Shown one piece after another: positions 39,051 through 50,626 of a DNA stretch of 64,000 nt (positions are counted from its first letter, which is position 1; every line of letters starts with the position of its first letter). The notes under the pieces were generated by a model that saw only the letters and a list, made by a program, of their open reading frames with translations, was not told the origin of the DNA and made no database searches. Made by a program: the position numbers and the translations under genes. The stretch covers positions 38,192,001-38,256,000 of the forward strand of contig OZ024755.1 in NCBI GenBank assembly GCA_964016885.1, read 5' to 3'. This DNA is from Eledone cirrhosa (taxonomy: Eukaryota).

Positions 39051-39837
39051 ATTCGTGTATGTGATATGCTGCAGACAAAAAGCATGTTCTTCTTCTTGTA
39101 TGCCGAGCAAGCATATATATAAACAACACTGTCTTTCAAAATGGCGATCGAGGTTTTCATTCTGTTCTCTTCAATGTTTTAAAGACAGCATTGCTTCCGA
39201 ACCTGTAGCCTGTTATTTTGGACTTCATACAGCTTATGCTGAACCCTTTTACAACAACATTATAGGCAAACTACTTTCCTCTGAAGAGTCTCAACAGGTA
39301 CAATTTTACATAAACCTTATTACATAAACCATACATTATTTCTACATAAACCATATATAAACCTAAGAATACAAATACTACCCTTGATGGTGAAACACTG
39401 CGTAAGGAATAAAACTGTTAAGAATCTTATTTTCTCCATCATATATTTCTGTTTATATAATAATGTATATATATATATAAGTATTGAAGTTTCCGTTGAA
39501 AATTGAAAAAGTCATAGGAGTGAAGAGTGCTCTATGTAAGTACCAGAGCTAAATCTGGATGTACATTATTTTTCAACTTATATTATATACGTATTTGTCA
39601 CACATACACTATTATGCTTGCCCTCATATACACACTTACGCACACACACATTTTCACTATACACATGCATTTGTACAAACACACATATGTACATTTGTGA
39701 GTGAATATAAACACATTTATACACATACCCTAACTATATTTCCTTATTTTTTTATATATCTCTTGCTTTGTTTTTTTTTTGCCCGTTAAACTCTTGCCTT
39801 TCTTGAGGAGATTTTTCAAATATTTCACTATGTTTTG

Positions 39838-39915
39838 AATTGCCTTGTCCGATGAACGAATGAGGACGTTTTTCGTATTCGTCTTATTTGGGAAACCTCT
39901 GGTAATGAGGTAATT
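39838..39915 (+). ncRNA. Type I hammerhead motif with CCGAUGA core
   Basis: AAUUGCCUUGU-CCGAUGA-stem II-GAAA-CC(ucu)GG-UA^AUGAGGUAAUU; 11-bp stem I including GU pairs. Confidence 0.75.
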
Positions 39916-39949
39916 ATATTGTATTGTATTTATTATATACTATTATATA

Positions 39950-40790
39950 CTATTAGCCGCTAAAGGGTTCTCCCTAAAAATGAAAGGCAGGCTGTATGAT
40001 GCCTGCATACGAACAGCAATGTTGCATGGCAGTGAGACCTGGGCATTGTGTGCAGAGGATATACGCAGACTAGAGAGGAAGCTTGCATGCTCTGCTGGAT
40101 GTGTAATAGTAATATACGTGAACGGCAAAGCATAAACGAACTAAGGGAAAAATTAGAAATAAGAGGGATCAGATGTTGTTTACTCGAGAGAAGGCTACGT
40201 TGGTATGGTCACGTGATGCGCATGAAAGACAACAGCTGTATAAAAAAGTGCAGGGCAATAAAAATAGATGGTAGCCACGGAGTATGCAGACCCAGAAAAA
40301 CCTGGGATGACTTGATAAATTCCGACCTCACACACTTACACCTATCCAAGACAATGTCACTGGACCGAGATCTTTGGCGGTACTCAGTAATAGAGAAGAC
40401 CCGCCTTACCTAAATACAAAGTAAAACCTACTACAGTCAGTAGGCACCTCTAACAAAATACACCCCCGTCCCACTACCCCCACCCCATCCACACCACCCC
40501 TTTCAATGTAAAGTTATGTTGGTACCAACATTCAGGCCGAAACAAATGAGGTCATGTAGGTGTCATGACAAAAAACACACAGTCCACGCTGTAATGTGGC
40601 CGTGTAGGTAACATGGTAAAAACCTCCCAGTTCCACACTGCAAATGTGGTTGGTGTTAGGAAGGGCATCCAGCTGTAGATGCCCTTCCTATGCGAGCAAG
40701 ACAACCACTCTTGCCTTAAGTGGGAAAACTCCCGTCCAAACCCATGCAAGTGTGGAATATGGACGTTAAACGATGATGATGATGATGATA
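39950..40790 (+). mobile_element. RTE-type LINE 3' end with long 3'UTR
   Basis: LERRLRWYGHVMRM...RPRKTWDD; stop at 40413; (GAT)n tail. Confidence 0.9.
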
Positions 40791-40834
40791 TCAATGATAT
40801 TAATAAATGGAAACTATATTTATAAAACCATATT

Positions 40835-40894
40835 TATTCTATTATATATATTTCAAGGTACCAAAACTTTGGTACGCTCTCATCAGATGAAATA
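40835..40894 (-). ncRNA. Type I hammerhead ribozyme motif, intact core
   Basis: UAUUUCAU-CUGAUGA-GAGcGUACCAA(aguu)UUGGUACCUU-GAAA-UAUAUA-UA^AUAGAAUA. Confidence 0.85.
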
Positions 40895-41070
40895 CAAAGT
40901 CTGTTTTATAAATATTGACATATCCAGGGACGAGATCTTAACGGCTCTAGTTTTTCCTGGATATTGTTGAATTACCAACAAATTAAATATCCCTTTTGCT
41001 TATATATATATATATATGACTACCTTGATTAAATCTTAACCATTTAACATCTCAGAGTATGTCATGTATC

Positions 41071-41133
41071 ATTATATTTTGTCTGATGAGGACGTACTGT
41101 TGTACATCCGAAATATGTATAATAAAATGTAAT
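41071..41133 (+). ncRNA. Type I hammerhead ribozyme motif, intact core
   Basis: AUUAUAUUUUGU-CUGAUGA-GGACGUAC(uguu)GUACAUCC-GAAA-UAUGUA-UA^AUAAAAUGUAAU. Confidence 0.9.
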
Positions 41134-41166
41134 TGATCAAAATAACATCTATTTTATTAATACTTA

Positions 41167-41204
<38 letters not shown>

Positions 41205-41211
<7 letters not shown>

Positions 41212-41518
41212 TAGAAAATGAGTTTTTTTTTCCAAAATGAAAAAAAACGAGATGTCCTACACGAGTGAAAGTATAAGGTAAAAAGATGAAATCGAAAATG
41301 CAACTGGAGTCTTTCTAAGAATATTTATTCGATTCCTTTACTTGTTTTACAGTTCTTATGCTTTTCTTGCAGATGCGAGAAAAACCACAAAATCTCAATC
41401 TCAATTTTACGTTTGAAAAGCATAAGAACTGTGAAAGCGGTAAAGGAACCAAATAAATATTCTTAAAAAGACTCCAGTTGCATTTTCGATTTCATATATT
41501 TTCCTTATATTTTCATTC
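41205..41518 (-). mobile_element. Fold-back element with about 104-bp imperfect arms
   Basis: Arms 41263-41366 and 41415-41518; one-sided tail next to (TA)n. Confidence 0.8.
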
Positions 41519-41519
41519 A

Positions 41520-41944
41520 TTCATCATTTTACTACCGCTTTTCCCTGCTTGCAAGGGTGGGACTTGTCCTGTTGTGGGCAGTGTCCGGTCGGCTGACATT
41601 CTCTTGCTCATACTGGAACTGATTCTGGCTTGATTTCTACAGCTGGATGCCCTTCCTAACACCAACCTCATTTACAGTGAGTGCTGGGTGCTTTTTTCTC
41701 ATGGCGCCTGCACGTCCACTTTATAGTGAGTGCTGGGTGCTTTTCTGTCGTGAGACCTCCACGACCACTTTGCAGTGGAATGATAGGGACCCCAGTCCTA
41801 TCATCTCATTTCTACAGTTGAGTAAACTGGAGCAATGTGAAATAAAGTGTCTTGCTCAAGGAAACAACACATCACCCGGTCCGAGAATTGAACTCACAGC
41901 CTCTCAATTGCAAGCCCAATGCTCTAACCACTAAGCCATGCACC

Positions 41945-41945
<1 letters not shown>
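41520..41945 (-). mobile_element. tRNA-headed SINE
   Basis: Matches 42851-43190, with extra internal segments. Confidence 0.9.
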
Positions 41946-42039
<94 letters not shown>

Positions 42040-42089
42040 TGTGTAAAGGTTTCTCTAATGTCTGTCCTTCCCCCATTCCCTGTCTGTAG

Positions 42090-42183
42090 GGAAGAACTAT
42101 CTAAAGCTATCAACTTACTTAGACAATTACAATATCATGTCAGCATAGAAAACCAAGAACATCAACTCTTTGTGTATATTTAA
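42090..42183 (+). CDS. Weak candidate terminal exon
   Basis: ctaat branch point, pyrimidine tract and tgtAG; EELSKAINLLRQLQYHVSIENQEHQLFVYI*; ATTAAA at 42215. Confidence 0.25.
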
Positions 42184-42850
42184 TTAAGTGCTCAGTATAT
42201 TCATTGAAGCGATAATTAAAGAGAAAATACTTTATTTCTATAACATGTTGCTCAGGTACACTCAACTGAGAGTACCAGCATATGCTGGGGTGTTAATCCT
42301 GCATTAGAGCATGCAGAACTGATTCTGGTTTCTATGCCCTTTCTAATGCCAACTACATTTACAGTGTGTACTGGGCATTGTTTGCCATGACATATATATT
42401 TCACCATCATCATCATCACACATCCATTCTTTCATGCAAGCATGGGTTAGGCAAGTTGTCCTGTTGGGGGCAATGTTAGGTCAGGGGACCATGCCTTGCT
42501 TAGACAGAGCTGATTTTGGTTTGGTTTCTACGGCTGGATGCCCTTCCTAACACCAACCTCATTTACAGTGAATACTGGGTGTTTTTTGTTGTGACACCTA
42601 CACGACCACTTTACAGTGTGGGCTGGGTTCTTTTCATTATCATAGTTACAAGACAGTGGGAGGGTGGTGTTGGGAGGGGCATACTGTGTATATAAATATA
42701 TACCATATTTCCAGGCACCGAAGACACTCTGTCCTCGAGGACGCACCCTAAGGATGCATGGTAGATTTTTGAGAATTATTTTAGGTAAAAAGTAGCGTCT
42801 TCGAAGCCGTGTGGTGGTGGGGGGGGATGGTATGTATATATATATATGTA

Positions 42851-43190
42851 TGGAGGCACATGGCTTAGTGGTTAGAGCATTGGCCTTGCAATCGAAAGGT
42901 TGTGAGTTCAATTCTCAGACTGGGTGATGTGTTGTTTCCTTGAGCAAGACACTTTATTTCACATTGCTCCAGTTTACTCAGCTGTAGAAATGAGATGATA
43001 GGGACTGGGGTCCCTATCATTCCACTGCAAAGTGGTTGTGGAGGTGCCACGGCAAAAAAGCCTCCAGCACTCACTGTAAATGAGGTTGGTGTTAGGAAGG
43101 GCATCCAACTGTAGAAATCAAGCCAGAATCAGTTCTCATCCCACCCTTGCAAGCAGGGAAAAGTGGACGTAAAATGATGATGATGATGAT
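42851..43190 (+). mobile_element. Full-length tRNA-derived SINE
   Basis: Pol III A box TGGCTTAGTGG, B box GAGTTCAATTC, internal hairpin atgatagggac/gtccctatcat, RTE-like (GAT)n tail. Confidence 0.92.
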
Positions 43191-43320
43191 GATATATATA
43201 TACATATATATATATATAATACATATATATATATACACACAAGACAAACTTATAGGAACACTCCCACGTGCATACATATATATATACACATACATATATA
43301 TACACATACATATGTACATT

Positions 43321-43381
<61 letters not shown>

Positions 43382-43622
43382 ATATATATAAGCCATCATA
43401 ACTAAACTTCACAATCATCTGATTTATCCTTTACAGTCAATGAAACCAGTACACTTATTTACCCTTGTCCCTCCCCACTTCCTCCCTGCTGCTATGTAAG
43501 GACCCTTCAGTATATCTTGATAATGCTATTGTCACCTGTTTATCTGCACTCAACCTCATTTTAACAAGGTTACTTTTGTTTTGATGTGGATAGGAAGGAG
43601 TATTTCTGTTCATGCAAATACC

Positions 43623-43855
43623 TTGACCCTTTAGCATTATAACCGGCTCTATCTGGCCAGAATTCTCTCACTTGTTTCTGTTCAAACCAACTGTAACTGG
43701 CTATTCATACTGATGTTAAGGTATTGTTCTCAAAATACATAATAACAAAATCTTATAGATTCTTATTCGTGTGAGATAAATACGTGAGGTAAAGCCTTTA
43801 CTGTGAAAATATTATAATATATATATATATAGTAATGTAAATAGTAATGGGTTAA
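43623..43855 (+). mobile_element. piggyBac-like MITE family A
   Basis: ccctttagcatt...gggTTAA; matches 33145-33384. Confidence 0.85.
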
Positions 43856-43959
43856 CATATATGTCTATATGTATATATTTCTCTAGGACAGTTTATGATC
43901 CTACATAAATAATGCAATTTTTATCATTTGGGGAATTCTTTCTCTCTCTCTCTCTCTCT

Positions 43960-45336
43960 TTAACCCTTTAATGACCACGTTTTTAAAGAAGTACCCTCTA
44001 TTTTAATTAATTAATTTAAGAATTTTGAGGGGTTTACTAAAATTATTAATTATTTCATTACTAAGACAGTAACTTAATGTAAAATTCTTATTGAAAATTA
44101 TGTTGGAAGATTTTAATTTAATTTGGAAACCTTTAAAATGGGTGATTTTATTTCATAGAACTAGAGCTTTAGAATTTTGGCCTGGTTGGTAACTAAAGGG
44201 TTACAACTAGAGCTGGTTTTGGCCTGGTTGGTAACTAAAGGGTTAGAACCAGAGCTGGTTTGGGCCTGGTTGGTAACTAAAGGGTTACAACTAGAGCTGG
44301 TTTTGGCCTGGTTGGTAACTAAAGGGTTAGAACCAGAGCTGGTTTTGGCCTGGTTGGTAACTAAAGGGTTACAACTAGAGCTGGTTTTGGCCTGGTTGGT
44401 AACTAAAGGGTTAGAACCAGAGCTGGTTTGGGCGGTTGGTAACTAAAGGGTTAGAACCAGAGCTGGTTTTGGCCTGGTTGGTAACTAAAGGGTTAGAACT
44501 AGAGCTGGTTTTGGCCTGGTTGGTAACTAAAGGGTTACAACTAGAGCTGGTTTTGGCCTGGTTGGTAACTAAAGGGTTAGAACCAGAGCTGGTTTTGGCC
44601 TGGTTGGTAACTAAAGGGTTAGAACTAGAGCTGGTTTTGGCCTGGTTGGTAACTAAAGGGTTAGAACTAGAGCTGGTTTTGGCCTGGTTGGTAACTAAAG
44701 GGTTACAACTAGAGCTGGTTTTGGCCTGGTTGGTAACTAAAGGGTTAGAACCAGAGCTGGTTTTGGCCTGGTTGGTAACTAAAGGGTTAGAACTAGAGCT
44801 GGTTTTGGCCTGGTTGGTAACTAAAGGGTTAGAACTAGAGCTGGTTTTGGCCTGGTTGGTAACTAAAGGGTTACAACTAGAGCTGGTTTTGGCCTGGTTG
44901 GTAACTAAAGGGTTAGAACCAGAGCTGGTTTTGGCCTGGTTGGTAACTAAAGGGTTAGAACTAGAGCTGGTTTTGGCCTGGTTGGTAACTAAAGGGTTAG
45001 AACCAGAGCTGGTTTGGGCCTGGTTGGTAACTAAAGGGTTAGAACTAGAGCTGCTTTTGGCCTGGTTGGTAACTAAAGGGTTAGAACCAGAGCTGGTTTT
45101 GGCCTGGTTGGTAACTAAAGGGTTAGAACCAGAGCTGGTTTTGGCCTGGTTGGTAACTAAAGGGTTAGAACTAGAGCTGGTTTTGGCCTGGTTGGTAACT
45201 AAAGGGTTAGAACTAGAGCTGGTTTTGGCCTGGTTGGTAACTAAAGGGTTAGAACTAGAGCTGCTTTTGGCCTGGTTGGTAACTAAAGGGTTAGAACTAG
45301 AGCTGGTTTTGGCCTGGTTGGTAACTAAAGGGTTAA
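43960..45336 (+). mobile_element. piggyBac-like MITE family B with its terminal 42 bp amplified about 28 times (44176-45336)
   Basis: TTAAccctttaatgacc at left; unit gaactagagctggttttggcctggttggtaactaaagggtta; last unit ends aaagggTTAA. Confidence 0.85.
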
Positions 45337-45987
45337 ATTCTCTATAATCAATCCTTCACTTTTGAAAAAAGATTTTAAAATTTATTTTAAAATCTTGGAA
45401 ATTTATGAGTAATAATTATAAAATTAATTATTTATTTGCATCCTTATTAAAGATAGATAAATATAATTGGAGGAATAACTTTATTTTTATTCTTTTGTCA
45501 GTGCTTTATGGTCATATATAGACAGTAGTTGTTTAGGAGGTTATTATAATTATTCAAATTATCCATACCCCTAAACTGTAACACCTTCTCATTAATGGGT
45601 TAGCAGTGGAAGACAAGCTGTAACTACTTTGACCCAATATAGAAATTGCATGTTGCTTTTCCTGACTCCTGTTTGCAACTTCTTTTGTGGTTGTGTTTAA
45701 ATAAAAAGGATTCAGTTATAATCTTAATCATTTCCAATAGAGTCTACCAAAGTTCTGGAACTATAGATATCATAGCAATGTGTTTATATGCTTGAAAAGA
45801 ACAAGATAACCATTTCTTTTAAAGCACTCTTAATTGACTGATAACATATGTAGCATCTAATAGGTATTTGGATAGAAGCCAATGAACGGAGGGCATAGAA
45901 AACTCTGTACATATTTAGAACATGAGGAAGTAATTTTTGTTTTTACTTAAGATGTCATCAACCTGTGTTTCTTTTTACACAATGCAG

Positions 45988-46041
45988 GTATTCATAGAAT
46001 TAGTAAAATGGCTATCACTTAACATATTCAACCATTTGCTG
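45988..46041 (+). CDS. Weak candidate 54-nt exon
   Basis: tttctttttacacaatgcAG acceptor; VFIELVKWLSLNIFNHLL; weak GTTTGT donor. Confidence 0.2.
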
Positions 46042-46249
46042 GTTTGTATTGTGTTGTGTGTGTGTGCATGTAATAGTACGGGCTGCAAATTTTGAGCCTT
46101 GAGCAAATTTCAGTAGATATGTTACATCCAATCTTTCATGCCAGTTTTTAGTAAAATACTGTGACCTATCTAAAAGTATATATAAAAGTATATCATCATC
46201 ATCTTCGTTTAACGTCCATCTTCCACGTCAGCATGGGTTAGACGGTATG

Positions 46250-46298
<49 letters not shown>

Positions 46299-46371
46299 TG
46301 ACTCTTAGCATCCTGTAATGTTTTAGCAGAAAATATCTAAAAACTGGTTTACCTCAAATCTTTACAGTATT

Positions 46372-46915
46372 ATTGGCAGTATCGGTAGAGAGTTGGACGC
46401 CATGCTTTCTAGTATAATTACGTCCCTTTATGGTCTGAGTTCAAATCCTGCTGAGGTTAACTTTGCCTTTCATCCTTACGGGGTCAATAAAATAAAGTAC
46501 CAGTAATCATCATCATCATCATCATCATCACCGTTTTGCGTCCGTTCTTCCACGCTAGCATGGGTTAGATGGGTTGTCCTGTTGTGGGCAGTGTCCGGTC
46601 GACTGACCATGCCTTGCTCATACAGGAACTGATTTGGCTTGATTTCTACAGCTGGATGCCCTTCCTAACACCAACCTCATTTACAGTGAGTGCTGGGTGC
46701 TTTTTTTCCCGTGGCACCTCCATGACCACTTTACAGTGGAATGATAGGGACACCAGTCCCTATCATCTCATTTCTACAGCTGAGTAAACTGCAGCAATGT
46801 GAAATAAAGTGTCTTGCTCAAGGAAGCAACACATCACCCGGTCTGAGAATTGAACTCACAGCCTTTCGATTGCAAGTACTGGGTAATTGCTGGCCTTGTG
46901 CCAAAAGTAGAAACA
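46372..46915. mobile_element. Nested SINEs: plus-strand SINE interrupted by a minus-strand tRNA-SINE (46507-46875)
   Basis: Outer SINE resumes at gtactgggtaattgctggcc; flanking agtatta duplication; host repeat matches 55081-55195. Confidence 0.8.
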
Positions 46916-47292
46916 AGTATTACCAGTGGATAGATTGTGTGTAAACATTTACAGTATTAGACTAAAGACTTAAGTTCTTAGTTTGGTGCAGTTATAGTGT
47001 TATTTTGTACTTTGCGAATGTCTTGCAGATTTGGTACTCTTTCCAGTGGGTGACTTTTCCCCTCCCCCAAAATTGCTAGCCTTGTGCCTAAATCAGAAAC
47101 ATTTATTATTCCTGTCTAATTATGTTCATATATTGATGCTTAGCATAGTTAGTCCCATTAACCAGTGTCTTTACAGTGTGGGCTGGGTGCTTTTTCTTGT
47201 GACTCCTACACGACCACTTTACAGTACACGTATGTGTATCTATAATCTATTATATATGTATTGATATATATTTGTGTGTGTGTGTGTGTATT

Positions 47293-47324
<32 letters not shown>

Positions 47325-47326
<2 letters not shown>

Positions 47327-47533
47327 GGAGAAAGTATGACCCCCGACGGCAGAGCTCAAGCTGTTTCGACAGCTATTTCTGGACTAAAGTGACTTTAGTT
47401 CAGAAATAGCCATCGAAACAGCTTGATCTCTGCAGTCGGGGTCATACTTTCTCCTATTACCCACTCTACTACCCTAAGTATTGTGTACTCTGGTGCGTTA
47501 TGGTCCATCTGGTTCCTTACCACAACTCTTTCG

Positions 47534-47535
<2 letters not shown>
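47325..47535 (+). mobile_element. TA-flanked fold-back element with hammerhead stem II and 3' half
   Basis: About 65-bp arms 47325-47456; same tail as 24551-24632. Confidence 0.8.
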
Positions 47536-47582
<47 letters not shown>

Positions 47583-47653
47583 TATATAAATATATAAGCT
47601 AATAAACCTTTGTTCGTACTGCCTCTCTGTTTTGTTTCCGTTCAACTTTTTAC

Positions 47654-47693
<40 letters not shown>

Positions 47694-48224
47694 ATGTGTG
47701 AATGTATGTATATATATATATATACACACACACGTGTGAGTGTGTATATATATATCATCATCATCATCATCATATGTCCCTGCTTGCAAGGGTGGGACGG
47801 GTCTTATTCAGCACAGCATCTCTCCACTCGTCACGGTCCCTCGTCATCTCCACCGTGAGCTTCAATGATCTATATACACACACACACACGTGTATGTGTG
47901 TATGTGTATTTATATATGTGTGAAAGGTCCCCAGGTGTTGTCGCAACACCTTTCTAAGAGAGGGAAACTCTGTAAAAAAACTGCAGCTTCAGAAGCATCC
48001 GATGATGTTGACCAGTTCTCCTTTTCGGGTAATGTTTTCGATGCTCAGTGAGTGGGATTGGTCGAGTGCAAGACCTTTCCCCACTTAGTAAACCTTTAAA
48101 GCACAGGCATTGCTTGTTCAGGATCTGTTACAGGTTTGTGGGGCTGGCCATAGCCTAAAAGTGCACCATTTTCTGTAATCTGACAAACGATTGCAATACT
48201 CTTGGCAGAGTTTGCAGCCACCAT

Positions 48225-48742
48225 ATCATCATCATCAACGTTTAACGTCCGTGTTCCACGCTTGCATGGGCTTGGACGGGGGTTTTCCCATTTGAGGCAA
48301 GAGTGATTGTCTTGCTTGCATAGGACTGTCTGGCAGGTTTTCTACAGCTGGATGCCCTTCCTAACACCAACCACATTTACAGTGTGGGGCTGGGAGGTTT
48401 TTACCGTGTTGCCTACACGGCCACATTACAGCGTGGACTGTCTGGCGGGTTTTCTACAGCTGGATGCCCTTCCTAACACCAACCACATTTACAGTGTGGG
48501 ACTGGGAGGTTTTTACCGTGTTGCCTACACGGCCACATTACAGCGTGGACTGTCTGGCGGGTTTTCTACAGCTGGATGCCCTTCCTAACACCAACCACAT
48601 TTACAGTGTGGGGCTGGGAGGTTTTTACCGTGTTGCCTACACGGCCACATTACAGCGTGGACTGTGTGTTTTTTTGTCGTGACACCTACACGATCTCATT
48701 TGTTTCGGCCTGGATGTTGTGGTACCAACATAACTTTACATT
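48225..48742 (-). mobile_element. RTE 3'UTR fragment with a 112-bp unit in three copies
   Basis: Reverse match to 40500-40790. Confidence 0.85.
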
Positions 48743-49111
48743 GATATATATATATATACCCGAATTACTTGATCGTTTTTTTTGGCTATGCAAATGATTG
48801 TTTAACCATCGTCTCAGTGTGTTTGGCCTTTAACGTTTGTTATAGCTCTGGTTAATCTGAATCATTGAGCACTTGCTACACATCTCGGAGGTTGTTTTTC
48901 ATTATTTCGTGGGCCGAAATGCGAATCTCTATAATTTATGTTTGTTTTTATATATATATATATATAATGTAGGAGGTGAGTTTTATTGTAGTACAATAAA
49001 GCAATGCAGATATCGGATAAGAAGCACTCTACAGTCTGTAGGACTGGAGTATATGTTGATTTAAAACTGCACTATCCACAAGTGTTTTTTAACCTTCATA
49101 TCATGTCCTCC

Positions 49112-49182
49112 TATTTTATCTGATGAAAACACAAATGTTATTGCATGATGATATTTGTTTTTGAAATGCGCATAATAAAATA
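49112..49182 (+). ncRNA. Type I hammerhead ribozyme motif, intact core
   Basis: UAUUUUAU-CUGAUGA-long stem II-GAAA-UGCGCA-UA^AUAAAAUA. Confidence 0.9.
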
Positions 49183-49212
49183 CATGGAACTCATTTAACC
49201 ATCTTTTGATCT

Positions 49213-49250
<38 letters not shown>

Positions 49251-49675
49251 CATCATCTATTGTTTATCCATGATTAACTTAGTTGTTGCTCCTTGTGTAA
49301 CAGTGGAGACAATAGGATTAGCATGTGTGTCTCCTTGTCCTCACCCCTGGGTTCCCATCTCTACTACCCTATCAATCATCTACAGTTGAAAGAAATGTCC
49401 AATTGATACTTAGTTAATCAATGTTCTCTGACCTACACCTGATTATTTATTTATTCATTGCTATCAAATGATACATGTTTGTATGTGTATGTATGTGTAA
49501 GTATGTGTATATATATATATATATGTATATGTGTATATATATGTGTATGTGTGTGCGTGTATGTATAAATATGTGTTTGAGTATGTGTGTGTATGTATAA
49601 ATACACACACATATATAAATATATACACACACATACATATATAAACACACATATATATATATATGTATGTGTGTG

Positions 49676-49720
<45 letters not shown>

Positions 49721-49883
49721 ATGTATCATCATCGTTTATCGTCCATTTTCCACGCTAGCATGGGTTAGACAGGTTGTCCCATTAGAGGCAAGTCAAGTCA
49801 GTTGACCATGTCTTGTTCATACAGAACTATTTCTGGCTTGGTTTCTATGGCCGATTGCCCTTCTTAATGCCAACCACATTTAC

Positions 49884-50290
49884 AATAGAGAAGACCCGCC
49901 TTACCTAAATACAAAGTAAAACCTACTACAGTCAGTAGGCACCTCTAACAAAATACACCCCCGTCCCACTACCCCCACCCCATCCACACCACCCCTTTCA
50001 ATGTAAAGTTATGTTGGTACCAACATCCAGGCCGAAACAAATGAGGTCGTGTAGGTGTCACGACAAAAAACACACAGTCCACGCTGTAATGTGGCCGTGT
50101 AGGTAACACGGTAAAAACCTCCCAGTTCCACACTGTAAATGTGGTTGGTGTTAGGAAGGGCATCCAGCTGTAGAAAACCCGCCAGACAGTCCTATGCGAG
50201 CAAGACAACCACTCTTGCCTCAAGTGGGAAAACTCCCGTCCAAACCCATGCAAGCGTGGAACATGGACGTTAAACGATGATGATGATGAT
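49884..50290 (+). mobile_element. RTE 3'UTR fragment
   Basis: Near-identical to 40388-40790. Confidence 0.9.
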
Positions 50291-50296
50291 GATATA

Positions 50297-50626
50297 TATT
50301 TAAAAGAATAGAGGTGTAACACACGAGTTATGATATATTGGTAAAAGGAAAAGAAAATCCTGACAAATTGTTCCCAGTGAAAAATAGTTTAATTAGGAAT
50401 AAGTAAAAATTAGTAATAAGTATTGGTTAGTATTCAGTTTTGGTTTTAAATCACGGGCGCTCTATCTCAAAATTATTTTTGAAAAGCATTAGAAATGCGC
50501 AACCGGTAAAAACTTAAAACCAAAACTGAATACTAACCAATACTTATTACTAATTTTTACTTATTCCTAATTAAACTATTTTTCACTGGGAACAATTTGT
50601 CAGCATTTTCTTTTCCTTTTACCAAT
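50297..50626 (-). mobile_element. Fold-back element, 113-bp arms, 64-bp loop
   Basis: Arms 50337-50449 and 50514-50626. Confidence 0.9.

Noticed and set aside
42851-42925. tRNA gene
   Set aside because: A and B boxes are present, but it is the head of a multi-copy SINE and no full cloverleaf is evident
47925-48222. Unique-looking, moderately GC-rich stretch containing ccgatga
   Set aside because: No downstream GAAA or stem III, and no frame or motif I can assign; left unannotated
48760-48950. gccgaaatgcgaatc as a hammerhead 3' half; related diverged copy at 55935-56135
   Set aside because: No recognisable CUGANGA box or stem I; too decayed to call
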